A DNA stretch of 43,354 nt from Spirogloea muscicola (taxonomy: Eukaryota), in NCBI GenBank assembly GCA_009602725.1, contig WELB01000019.1:337705-381058 (forward strand), read 5' to 3'. The notes under the pieces were generated by a model. That model did no database searches and was not told the origin of the DNA. It saw only the letters and a list, made by a program, of their open reading frames with translations. Numbering within the stretch: position 1 is the first letter of the stretch; each line of letters opens with the position of its first letter. This document shows, piece after piece, positions 27,901 to 38,847 of the stretch. The translations under genes and the position numbers were made by a program.

Positions 27901-28582
27901 GAAAGCACACAGTCTGATGTTTCAAGAAACCACTATAACATGCTGGAAAGGCACATGCCAACCATCAACCTAGGGCATAGATAAGGACAATAAAGTAGGT
28001 GCTATTCTCAGAGGCGGCAGCTAGGTGACAAGTTTGTCAGCCTTGACAAGTAGCTACTACGATTGAAAACATTACCCTAACCAACCTAGTGCTATTACCA
28101 AGAGGCAGAGCATGGTCAAGAAAATCAAGCAGACTACTGAGGCTGCACAATATTGAACACTGATGGTGGGAAATCAACACCATCATGTGTCTAGCTTGAG
28201 CTGAAGCATGGCAAAATGATAACACAATATATTGTTGTCCTGGCAGCACAAATATGTCGGGACTTTCCTGAGGTGCTTTGAGCATATTAGACCCGGTAAT
28301 ATCGAGCGTGCTGTGCAGCGCAAACAACTTAATGATGCAATCCTTGACAAAACACGCTATCTCTCATAGCAAGCAGCCAGCCCGCCAGTTGCGAGCTTGA
28401 CTCCCGCTCTATGACTAACTCCCTGCAGAGCTAAGGCCTTTAGTATAACGTGGTAAGGTGGCACAAATAGAGGCAGTTGCTAGTGATTACCAGGAGACAC
28501 GGGGATGCTCGGCAGCCGTCTGCACATTCCTCACCGCCACAGCGACATCTTCCTCCTTGAAAGGGAAGCACACCAGAGACAT
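24999..28582 (-). CDS. mgs: Mannosylglycerate synthase (CAZy GT78), 9 exons
   Basis: MSLVCFPFKEEDVAVAVRNVQTAAEHPRVS|VLCVGY..LRPGKGDGMNTALLYFLE|RLHFYDIDI..WITKAE..VRHYFPRS|STDAMITW..IEQPLGGELLL|SDWGIDTLYTFVT..GKVHALYGGLRDLRTMLVECF|..VGYDIEKTL..WTPRQ|..DWEELLFKVWVARV|..RGYD. This is colinear with Rhodothermus marinus MGS as recalled. The last exon (25163-24999) is less certain. Confidence 0.95.
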
Positions 28583-29379
28583 GCTACTCTCGAGAACCCT
28601 CCTGGTGCTCCTCCGATATAGACCAAATCGAGGCACGCCGCTCCTCTTACCGCTGCCGCTGGCACGGCCGCTGCCGCTACTTTTGCTGCTTCGCTGCCGC
28701 TGCAGCCAAGGTGCTCAAGACGGCAGGCTCGGAGTGCGACCAGCCGAGGCGTCCGCCGGCGAACGATGGCCGGCGAACGAAGCCTGGTTGCCGGCAGGAC
28801 GGCTGTTGCGTCGGCGGCGTTGGCGGCGGCGGCGGCGGCGGCGTTGGCGCTGGGGAGGCAACTGCTGCTTAGGAGGGAGGGAGGCCGGAAGCTGCGGGAA
28901 GGAAAGGGGGGCAAGACGGTGACGGGAGCGGGGCGGGGGCCCCCAAAAGGAAGAGGGAGAGNCAAAAGGAAGAGGGAGAGAGTGGAGGGAGGGGCGCGGT
29001 GGCGCAGGCGGGAGGGCGGACGGGGAGAGGCGGGCGTTAAGGGACTCAGCTTCCAGCGGGGAGGGGGGGCCGGTGATCCCCGTTCACACTGGCGGCGGGA
29101 CGAGAGCTGCTTCAATTTCTGCCCCCCAGCCCTCCCCGGGCAGCCACCTCCCCCGGCCGCCGCGATAAGTTTTGAGGCTGACACAAAAAGCGTTCAGTCC
29201 TGGCTGCTGGTCTAGCCGCGGGGCGCGGCGGGGCCTTCAACCACCAATCCGCCGCTCGCCGGCGGCCTGGCGACCGCCGGTTGAGCGCGCGCGCCCCAGC
29301 CACGGGCCTCTGGTAGAGACGAAGAGAGAGAGACTCTTCAGCAAGAGAAATGGCGCGACCATAGAGAAGAGGGCGATGG

Positions 29380-29825
29380 CTGTGGGCTTTGTGATGTTTT
29401 CATGGCCATTTGAGCTACAAAGGCCAGCCTTGGCCAGCCCAGAAAGAGGTTGAAGAGAATTTGAAGGGGCCAGAAAAGCGCTGAAGCACACATGGCCACA
29501 AGGTGCTCAATATGCTCCTTTGAGCAGCCGCAGGTCAGAGACACTAGCCTCCGAGAAGCAGCCCCTGTCGATAGCCAGAGGCTGCAGCCAAAGCGCGACC
29601 GGCACGCAAATGCAACGCATCTGCCATTGACCGTGCAGCGATACTGACAGGCGCTTGAGACACACCTGGGCTAGAGAGCCTGCCGCGTTGAGATCGGCCT
29701 GCTCCCCTTGGTGGCGTTGAGACACAGTGTTGCGCGCTAACCGGTGCAGGAGCTCAAGTCACCGAGCGCCAAACGCCCCGGTGGACGTCGATGGCAAGGG
29801 GGAAGAACTCGTCCTTCAGAGAAGA
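29380..29825 (-). mobile_element. Degenerate CRE-like retrotransposon 3' end, subfamily C
   Basis: DEFFPLAIDVH/..LLHRLARNTVSQRHQGEQADLNAAGSLAQVCLKRLSVSL.., frameshifted, followed by hairpin-motif repeats. Confidence 0.75.
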
Positions 29826-30680
29826 AACTCTTCCAAGGGTGCAGGGCCGTGAAAGAAGGAAGAAGCTTCCAGTAGAAAGCGATGGCTGTGATTTGCCAGC
29901 CGGGAAAAAGCAAAACAAGATCTGGAAGGCGCTAAAACACACGGCTATGCAACCGATGCAGCAAATGGGAGCTTGGTAACCCCGAGTCAGCAGCTGTAAG
30001 TTACTCTAGCACTAGCAAGTCGGAGTAACTTGCAGCTGGAAAAGAAGAAGAGTAACCCCGACGAAGGGGTAGTGGCTTTTAAAGGCCAGCCCAAGACACA
30101 ACAGCTCTTCCACTAGAAGGTAGGGGCTGTGAACAACCAGCCCAATCATGAAGTCAGGGTCCGAAGGGCCGAAAGGCGCCTAAACCAAACAGCTCTGCAA
30201 GATGCAGGAGAAGTTACGCTGTTTGAAAGAGGCCAGCCCAAAGCAGAATTCGGAAGTGGAGCGAGAGTGGAGCGAGGGCTGGGAAAAGCCGGCCCCAAGA
30301 GAAGAAAACGCTTATCAAATATAAGGCAATGGCTCTAAGATAAGCCCAAAAAGGATCGAGCAAGGTCCAGAAGGAAGAAAGTGGCCCCCCTAAAGAGATG
30401 AAAGATGCTCGCCAACTATAAGAAGGTGGCTGGAACATGCCAGCCAAAGTAGTACGTGTATTTGAAGGAAAATTTCGTGTATTTTAAACAAATGAAGGCC
30501 CAATGGCCAAGTACAAAGGCAAGCACATCTAAGGACCACATAACCTACAGCAGATTGACCCGCTCAGTAACCACGGGTCAAAACAACCCCAAAGGGGGGT
30601 GACGGATGTAAAAAGCCAGCCCGAAAAGATTCGACAACGTTTGATGGGGCCAAAAAGGGCTGAAAAGGAACAATAAGGAG
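29826..30680 (-). repeat. Array of retroelement 3'-region fragments
   Basis: GGGCTGTGAACAACCAGCCC (30124) and related units; 30466-30580 is an inverted copy of 20768-20885. Confidence 0.7.
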
Positions 30681-31628
30681 CGGGACAAACCGTGGAGAAA
30701 CAGGAGTGGACAATCTCGCGGAGTCGCACCGCCACTGCCCTGCGTCAAGAAGAAGCCCTCCCTTGCTACCTGCTGCATTCCTTCTCTCCCCAGAATCTGG
30801 GCGTAGCCCCCCACATCTTGTGGTGGAGCCACTTCAGTGGCCGCCACGTCAAGGCATCGTCGCCGCGGCGGAGCGGACGCGACCAGTCGCCTGCCGCCTT
30901 TCTTCCCAATTGTTCGCGTCGACAAGACCGGCGGCGGGCCACGCTGGATCCAGCAAAGCGGGGGCCCCCCACGGGCAGCCGTCAGGAGGCCCCCCAAAGA
31001 TCTGGGCAGCCGCGGATAACATTGACGAGGCCTGCCCGCCGGCGGCTCAGCGTGCCTTTGGCCGACGCGTGCCGTGCAGGCCCACGTGGCTACCGCTGCG
31101 ATTGGCGCGTCGCAGCCTGTGGTGGGGCCGCGCCGGCCCGATCGGCAGCCCACGTGGTCTCGTCGCCCGAGCCAATCGGGGTCGATTGCGCGCCCTGCCA
31201 CAGCTGCCGCCCGCAATCATCTACGACGGCTGGAGCGGGTTGCGGGCCCCGTCACCGTCACCGTCAGGGGCCCACCGTTTCCGGGGCCCTCTCGGCGTCA
31301 CGCCCCAGCGACGGCTCCGGCGAGCACTTTCTGTTGTTCTGGCGATACATTTCTTCGGCGGCCACGATCTACGCATTTTCAGATTCTTTCTGGGCCGGCC
31401 ACCCCACAGCCTCTGACCAGTCCCCGATTATGAGGCACTCCAATCCGTCCCACCGTCAGAGGGGAGCGATACCGTCCGGTTGAGTGTGCTAACCGCTGCC
31501 GACGTGCGGTGACGTCAGGCCTTGCCCAGCCTTTCCCACCGCTACCGCCACCGCCGCCGCCGTCGCCGGTGCCGGAGCCAGCGCCAGTCGACTGGCGGGC
31601 AGAGGGAGCCCCCGGCGCGGCAGCAGGC

Positions 31629-32177
31629 ATGGCGGCGGCGGCGGCGACGTCCGCCGTGGCCGTGGAGCACATCCCGCCGGGCGATCCGCGGCTGCTCGCC
31701 GACGTGTTCCCCGTCCTGCGCGAGCTGCGGCCGCACATCGACGCCGCCGCCCTCCAGCTTATCTACGCCCGAGGCCACGAGCAGGGCTTACGCTTCGCCG
31801 CCGCCTACGCCGCCGCACCCGCCGCCGCCGCCAACGACGGCGGCGACGGCGGCGGCGGCGACGGCGATGTGGGCGGCGGCGGCGGAGGCGGCGGCAGCGG
31901 TGCGCAGCTCGCCTGCATCGGCGTCATCAGCTGGCGAGTGCTGTGGCAGGCCTTCCGCAGCAAGGTGCTGTACGTGGACGACCTCGTGACGTCGCCCGCC
32001 GAGCGCTCCCGCGGCGTCGGCGCCGCCATGATCGCCGCCGCCGAGGCCGCCGCGCGCGCCGAGGGCTGCCACTTCCTCACGCTCGACTCCGGCGTCCAGC
32101 GCGCCGCCGCCCACAAGTTCTACTTCCGCCAGGGCCTCGCCATCGATTGCTTCCACTTCAGCAAGCGGCTCACGTAG
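31629..32177 (+). CDS. Intronless bacterial-type GNAT N-acetyltransferase
   Basis: ggcATGGCG start; VFPVLRELRPH..GLRF, LYVDDLVT, motif A RSRGVG, LTLDSGVQRAAAHKFYFRQG..FHFSKRL*; internal Gly/Ala insertion. Confidence 0.92.
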   Translation: MAAAAATSAVAVEHIPPGDPRLLADVFPVLRELRPHIDAAALQLIYARGHEQGLRFAAAYAAAPAAAANDGGDGGGGDGDVGGGGGGGGSGAQLACIGVISWRVLWQAFRSKVLYVDDLVTSPAERSRGVGAAMIAAAEAAARAEGCHFLTLDSGVQRAAAHKFYFRQGLAIDCFHFSKRLT

Positions 32178-32626
32178 CTGTGAACGCTAAGCCCTGAAGC
32201 CCAACCTCAAACCTTAAACCCTGAGCCCGCTGCCTGCCGCTGCCCTTCCAGAGAGTGAAGGTTAGCCTTGGCCCACTTGGACTTGCTAGCCCACAAAGGG
32301 CCGGTTGGGGCCACACAAGGTGGCTTTATTGCAAGCTGTTGCTCCTGCTTCAGGGCTTGGCAAGCCAATTTGTTGGATCACAAAGATCCAGCATTGCCAC
32401 TTTGTCACCTACATGGAGGCCTGTGGCTGACAGCTGAGGCTCCTGAGCAAATTGCGGCGATCACACTGCCGGCTGCATCACAGTGCCATGTTGCAATGAT
32501 GGAACTAATGTCTGCAGCTCACAGCCTGAGTTCATAAGGTCAGGTCGCGGGCTATGCTGCAGCAGCGCACCGTCATCGCATGCCTTGTTAGACCGCTCCA
32601 CCGTCGCCGAGTAGTCTCGCAATCGA

Positions 32627-35265
32627 TCAAGTATTGAGGCTCCTCCCCTGGCCTTCGGCGTCGGCCTTGAAGCGGAGCAGCTCGCGGAACGCATCCTCTA
32701 GCGCCAGACGCACCGCATCCCGCTCCTCGTGCGCCGCCTGCAGCGCAAGTCGGAGCTCCTCGGCGCTCATATCCGCTAACAATGGCCCGCTGCCTTCCTT
32801 CTTGGCACCAGCCCCGTGGACCAGAAGATCCTCTTCGGCCTCGCGCAGGACCCCACTTATGACATTGCGCCCTGCCTGCGAGCCCGTTAACACTTCTGTG
32901 GGCCCCTCCCCACCATCTTCCGGCACCTGATCATGGTCAATATCAGCGCTGCGCTTGGAATGGCCAGCAGCAAGCTCCGTTGTGGCAACAGACAATTCCA
33001 TCAACAGGTTTTCCCGCTCGCGGTTGGCGGCCGCCAACAACGCCTTCCACCCGTCGCGCTCCTGCGACACCTCGGTGAGCATGCCCGCCAGGCCGTCCCG
33101 GTCCCGCCGCACCTCTACCAGCACCGCCTCAGCGGCCGCCACGCCGTCCACAGTAGCCGCGACCTCGGCTCGCAGGCCGTCACGCTCCCTCCATGCGGCG
33201 CCCAGCCGCCGCTTGAGGCGCTCCCGCTCCTGGGCCAGCGCCGCCGTCTGAGCACGCAGCTCCTCTGCCTCCTTGTGGCGGCCCTCCACGAGCGCTACCA
33301 GCGCCTGTTCCTTGTCTGCGTGCTCCACCTCCAGCACCTGCCGCTTCGCCAGCTCCTCCTCCGCGATGGCTCGAAGAGACGTGCACTCAGCTCTCGCAGT
33401 CAACATGGCAGCATGCAGCTCCTTCAGTGTCCTGCATCACTCACACCCACAAGAACCTGCATCCAGCTTTGACATCACAAGAGATGCTAAATCTGGAGAC
33501 TTCAAGAGATTGGACACAACACAAGGAACACAAGGAATGATTGCAGCAAGCACTCACCTCGCCATGACCTCCACCTCGCGCTGCGCTGCAACCTCCTGTT
33601 GCAACCGCCACTGCAAGTGCTCCTCACGGAGCTCCTGCAATTGCAGCACCCCATGCTGCCACTTTTAGGATCCTCCTTCCTTGCATAGGCAGTGCAGATC
33701 GAGCCAGAAATGAGATCAACTTGCTTGGAGGGCAGGTTGTGTCAAGCACAAACCTGCATATTTTGTTCCATCACGTGCACCTGCACCTGCGCACTTGCAA
33801 GCTCCGCAGTGATCTCTACACACTGTCAAAGACAAGGACAATGGTCGCCAACCTTTGCCTCAGAGAGCTACATCGTACAAACTGCATCATGGACCCTAGA
33901 TTGTACATGTACGATCATCCCAACCTGCAAGTATGCCAGATGATGCTGCACAAATCTTTCAGATTCCGCATGCACAATGCTGTGCTTGTTAAATGCTGTG
34001 ACCAGTGGTGGTGCATCAGCGGTTGCCTTCGCAACTGACCTGAGCCCGCAGGCGCAGAACCTCGCCCTCAGGCGCCGCGGCGCCGACTGTTGGCGGGCCA
34101 ATCTTACAATTAACCACCTGCCAATAACAACTGCCATGTTACATTGACGGCTGCAGCCTCATCTGTGCAACTTCTTCATGTGGGCCCCTGCCTGGAGGAT
34201 GACAAAAGCTGGGGTGCCTTGTCTCAGTTGCCAGCCGAGCATCACAAGCCTCAGGAGTGCGACCCGAAGGCAGCCTCAAGGCTTGATCACAGGAAATTCT
34301 GCTACAGCTGCCCTTGCAAGGTGTCTGGCAGTGTGTGGGCGCCACTCACTCTGGACAGCCGAGTGGTCCCTTTCAGGGGCGATGGGCTGTCTGCGGCAAG
34401 CTTTGTGCTGGCCCTCGACCTGCTGGCGGCTTCAGGCACATGGCCGGGCACACCCTGCAGGCAGCCGCGGCTGGGCTCAGAGCGTCCCCCACGCAGCGCA
34501 CAAGCCGTGCTCCAATAGTCGTCAAAGCAGTAGCCAAGTTGTCAGGCAATTGGTCTCAATTGGTCTCAATTGGTCTCAATTGTTCTCAATTGCTCTCAAT
34601 TGGTCTCAATTGTTCTCAATTGGTCTCAGTTGGTCTCAGGTGACGCAGTCGCATCAAGCTTGTGTCGGTGAGCCTCTCACATTCTTGATGTGTATCGTCG
34701 CGCCATTGGCGCCCACGTGGCTGCGCTGTGGTCGCTGATGGCCAGCGGCCGGATGCGGCTGAGGCAGTGGTGGCGGCTTCGTGGGAGGAGTGCATGGCGA
34801 CTGTGGCCCTGCGTTTGATAGAGAATTCCGGTGAGACTGTGCCAGTGTGATAAGTGAACGACCAGTGCGTGCAGCTATCATATCTTAAAGAGATCTTCCT
34901 ATCCCTTGCGGGATCTGAGACCGGTGTTTGCGCCATGAAAACGCGATGTCCTAACGCTGTGACTCTGCGTTGCTGCGGGCTCTAGTCAAAGCCACGACGG
35001 CCACAGTGGCAAAGAAGGCTGGCAGGAGCGGCGCACGCAGCACCTGCGCCAGCGTTGGGGCCGGCCGTTGGTGGCGGGAGTACGCTCGTGGGCGAGAGCT
35101 CCGTGGCGGGCCGGCCGCGGAACCTTGCGGCCGGCGCCGGCTGGCCTTCCTGCGGCGGCGGCGGCGGCGGCGGCGGCATTTGCGGCGTGAGCCATGGCGG
35201 CGCTCTTGGTGGGGCCTTGCCAAGAGAGGAGCTCGACAGCCGGCAGCCGGACGGCAGCAGAGGCC

Positions 35266-35297
<32 letters not shown>

Positions 35298-35349
35298 AGG
35301 GCCGGACCTCGAGCTTCAGCGGGCCGGGCCTGCGGGGGCCGAACGCCAT
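32627..35349 (-). CDS. Uncharacterised long coiled-coil protein, multi-exon
   Basis: Large last exon rich in E/A/R/L heptads (ORF 32627-33406), joined in frame via GT-AG to ..LQELREEHLQWRLQQEVAAQREVEVMAR and preceded by CVEITAELASAQVQVHVMEQNMQ and EGEVLRLRAQ. 5' exons and start (35195 or 35349) are uncertain. Confidence 0.65.
34547..34638. repeat. 10-bp minisatellite (CAATTGGTCT) x ~9, probably intronic
   Basis: Directly visible tandem array with TGG/TGT/TGC variants. Confidence 0.95.
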
Positions 35350-35829
35350 GGCCGCCGCCGAGGCCGCCGGGCCTCGCGCCGGGCTTTTTGGCGGCGGCGA
35401 CGGCCGCAGAGTCCGCGGGGACTGGTTAACTGCGGGTTAGGAGCTGATGGGAGTCCTTAATGGTCCGGCCGGCCGCCTGTAGTGACGGCGGATGGTCCCC
35501 ACCTCCGTTGACGGAGTGGGGAGGGAGACGTCCCACCTGCCCTGGCTTACTGGCACGCTCATGACGATGATGGAAGTTCATTAAGACGGGTCCGCAGTGC
35601 TCGCAGGGAGCAGGCGACCGTCGTTCGGTGCTAACGAGAGAGAAGGTGCGCACAAAAAGGAGGCCAAATCAAAGCCATAATCTGTTCATGCAAAAGCTAG
35701 TGTAGTGCAAAGAAATGGCTCCACAAAGCGAAGCTCTATGCAACGGGCGGCTAAATTTGTCCACTTAATGGATGACCCGAGTGAAGATACAAGGTCCGAG
35801 ACGCACGGAGCGTACGAGTGTCCATTTAT

Positions 35830-36720
35830 AAGAAGAAGTGGCTTTCCCAATTGGGGCAAGGCTGTGAAAAGCCAGCCCGAAAAGAAAAGGGTCGAATGGG
35901 CCACAATGACGGACCAGGCCAGGAAGAAGTGGCACTCCCAATGGGGGCAAGGGCTGCGAAAAGCCAGCCCAAAAAGAATTGACAAAGGTTTGGAGGGGCC
36001 TACAAGATATTAGCAGCTACAAAGGGGCCGGAAGATGCTGTCAGAACAGGGGGAGGATGGATCACTCAGTAGGTACGAGTGAGTAGCCTCAGATCCGACA
36101 GACTAGCTGCCGGGAAACTATCCCCGACGGAGGGGCCTGAAAATGCTGTGTCAGAACGGGTGGAGGATGGACCCTTCAGTAGCTACGAGTGAGGAGCCCC
36201 ATATCCGACAGACAAATACACGAATACACGACATTTTCTTCGACAGACTAGCTGCCGGAAGCTATCCCCCTGACGAAAGCCAGAGGCTGCAGCGAGAGCA
36301 CGGCCAGCACGCAGATGCAAGGCGTGGGCCATGGACCGCGGGAGGGAGACTGACAAACGCACAAACGCATGCGGTATACCTGGGCCCACGAGCCAGCGGC
36401 GTTGAAGTCAGTGTGCTTTGGTTTCTTAGCGCTTCCTCTGGCTTCTTTGGAGGGGCCGGCTCACCTCGCCGACAGGACACAGCGCGCCACGCAAGCCTGG
36501 CCAGCAGGTCAAGCCACTGGGACCCGAGAGCCCCGTGCACATCCACGGCCAGGGGTACGAACTCGTCCCCAGCCGGGTGGTCTGCGTATTTGGCCACCTT
36601 GCAGCGAGCGGCGTTCGCCGCTGCATAGCAAGCCCTCGAGGCAGAAAGCCCCGGGGTTGGCGCGATCCCCCACATCGGTGGTGGTAAGTGAAAGGGGAGC
36701 AGCCTGACGTGGGACTCCCA
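35830..36720 (-). mobile_element. Longest CRE-like non-LTR retrotransposon relic (restriction-like endonuclease C-terminus + 3' repeats), subfamily B
   Basis: TTTDVG/IAP..AAANAARCKVAKYADHPAGDEFVPLAVDVHGALGSQWLDLLARLA../RLSVSLPRSMAHALHLRAGRAL, i.e. the D..K..KY..F.PLAVxxxG..LSVxLQR pattern of RLE elements. The ORF end is partly duplicated at 36040-36125; hairpin motifs at ~35860 and 35951. Confidence 0.85.
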
Positions 36721-36799
36721 ACTTTCACAGCCCTCGCCCCTTGGAAAAGTTCCTTATTGGGCTAGCATCGCCGCGTCTTGCAAGTAAGTTGTTGCACCT

Positions 36800-37105
36800 T
36801 CCGGCCCTTCCAGGGCTGGCTTTCCACAGCCCTTGCCCCCATTGGGAGAGCCACTTCACTTTTGGGCTGGCCAATCACAGAAATCGCCCTCTACTGGACG
36901 AGTCTTTCAGACCTTGTACATTCCTTTGGGCTGGCTTCTCACAGCCATGCAAGAGAGAAGTGGCTCTCCCATGGGGGCAAGGGCTGTGAAAAGCCAGCTC
37001 GAAAAGGAATTGACAGGGTTCGAAGGGGCCAAATGACGGAAAGACGCCATGTGAGAATGGTAGGATGGACCACTCAGTAGCTACGATTGAAGTGCTGTCA
37101 AGTCC
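36800..37105. repeat. Two oppositely oriented retroelement 3'-region fragments forming an inverted repeat
   Basis: 36813-36857 is nearly the reverse complement of 36957-37000. Confidence 0.75.
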
Positions 37106-37606
37106 GACAGCCATTTCAAGGTTTGAAAGTGGAACTCAATCTGAAGGTACAAAGGAATTATCTTATCTAACAGAGATAACATAAAGATTAAGTTACTCAG
37201 CGAGTATCTGGAAAGTTCCAATGCTAACTCTTCTGATTATACAGCTGTTTAAGTGCCTCAAATCCGACAGCCATTGCCTTGCATTGGAGGAGCTGTTTCC
37301 TTCCCACCGGGAGCCAAAACAACGGTGCCGTAGGGCGGGAAAATGCGTGTATATTAAGAGATGGGGAGGCCATGTGTGGCCAAGTACAAAGGCAAGCAAG
37401 GCGAGGGGGCAAAGCGGCAGGCCGTTAATCCCCATCCGCAATATGGTGGGAGTCTGCCCACCAAGGACGCACCAAATAAGAGCGCAAGCGACCCGTCGGG
37501 AATTGGCCCCCCGCAAGCACGCGGCTTGGCGCCGCCGTGGCCCCCCCTCCGCCGGCGGCGGCTGGCGCGACGGATTCCGCGGCGGCCTTCGCGGCGGCTT
37601 CCGGCG

Positions 37607-38603
37607 ATGGCGGCGCTGGACGCGGAGCTGCTGGCGGTGCCGGCGGTGGCGGCGGCGCTGCCGGCGTACGACACCTTCCTGCGCTGCTGCGGCTGGGCGC
37701 GGCACGCCGGCGAGCTGGAGGCCGCCGGCGTGGAGGGCGTGGAGCAGCTCCTGTGCTACGCGGAGCCGGAGCTGGACNCCGGTGGCGGAGGCTGCGGAGG
37801 AGCCGCCGCCGCCGGTGCCGGTGCTGCCTCCCGTCGTCCCGCTCACGGCGTACGCGGTGGAGCCAGCGCCGCCGCTGGAGCACGGCTCCGCCGGCGCGGC
37901 CGCCGTCGCCGGACTCGAGGAGCAGCGCCAGCCGCATACCCTCGCCGGCCCCGCGGACGAGCCTGGCGCTGGCATCGAGGACGACGAGATGCGGCCCCAC
38001 AAGCTGATACGAGGGCCCGCGACGGCGGCAGAGGGCGGCGCCGACGCCGGCACTGAGAGCCACGAGCGGAGGAAGCGCGGCGGGCGCAGATCGACGCGCA
38101 AGTACATGTATTCGGAGGCGCGCAACGCGGAGCTGGCGAGCCTGCGGGCGCGCAACAGTATCTTAAGACAACGCATTTCCATTAAGGAGGGCCAGAAGGC
38201 GGAGCTGCTGCAGGAGCGCCGGTTCGCGGATGCCGCCGCCGCCGACGCAGCGCACGAGGAGGCCTACCTGCAGCTGCAGGCCAACCTGAGCCGGGTGCGC
38301 GACCTCGAGCACAAGGGCGTGCGTCACCAGCGCTACATGCGCCGCAAGTACGGCGGCGGGCCCAGCAAAGGCGGCGGCGGCGGCACTGGGGGGCTCCTGG
38401 CGCCGCCGCCATCAAAGGCCGAGGGCACACAGGGCGGCCCCATTGATGGCCAGGCGGACGTTGCAATGAGCGACAGCCATCTGCAAGAGGGCGCAGGACA
38501 TGCGCTGCGCAAGGACGGCCTGGATGTGACAACGACGACACCGGGAGGCGGGCAGCCCAACGGCGCTACCGACGGCAGCATCCCTGACGTCGGTGTATGC
38601 TAA
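37607..38603 (+). CDS. Uncharacterised protein: SAM-like N-terminus, Pro-rich linker, basic region + coiled coil; interrupted by N at 37778
   Basis: gcgATGGCG start; YDTFLRCCGWARHAGELEAAGVEGVEQLLCYAEPELD; after the N the frame shifts to the long ORF containing RRKRGGRRSTRKYMYSEARNAELASLRARNSILRQRI. Strong GC3 coding bias in both parts. Confidence 0.65.
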
Positions 38604-38847
38604 GCCGCAGCCGCCGGTAGACCCAAGGCTGGCCGAGCTACCACCCATTTGCCAGCGCGGTCCGCAGTCTAGCTCGCAAGGTCATGGACATCCAGGCAAG
38701 GCCATTGCTACGAGCAATCAAAGCAGCCGCTGAGAGGTGTAGGACCTTGCAACAAGGCGGCGCAATGGCCGATGACAATGTGTGGTGCTACTCATGGGCC
38801 GCGGTGAGCGGGGAGCGTATGGTACAGGGATGCCCTTCGAGAATGCT

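Noticed and set aside
28583..29184. N-terminal extension or transit peptide for MGS
   Set aside because: The listed ORF is in another frame. The MGS frame has an upstream stop and no earlier ATG.
34547..34638. CRISPR-like array
   Set aside because: Contiguous 10-bp units with no spacers, in a eukaryotic gene; it is a minisatellite.
37221..37606. 5' part of the 460-aa ORF
   Set aside because: Arg/Trp-rich off-frame reading; the plausible coding frame starts at 37607 and switches at the N.
37607..37777. LEAFY homologue
   Set aside because: Only a SAM-like resemblance; no LFY C-terminal DNA-binding motifs are visible.
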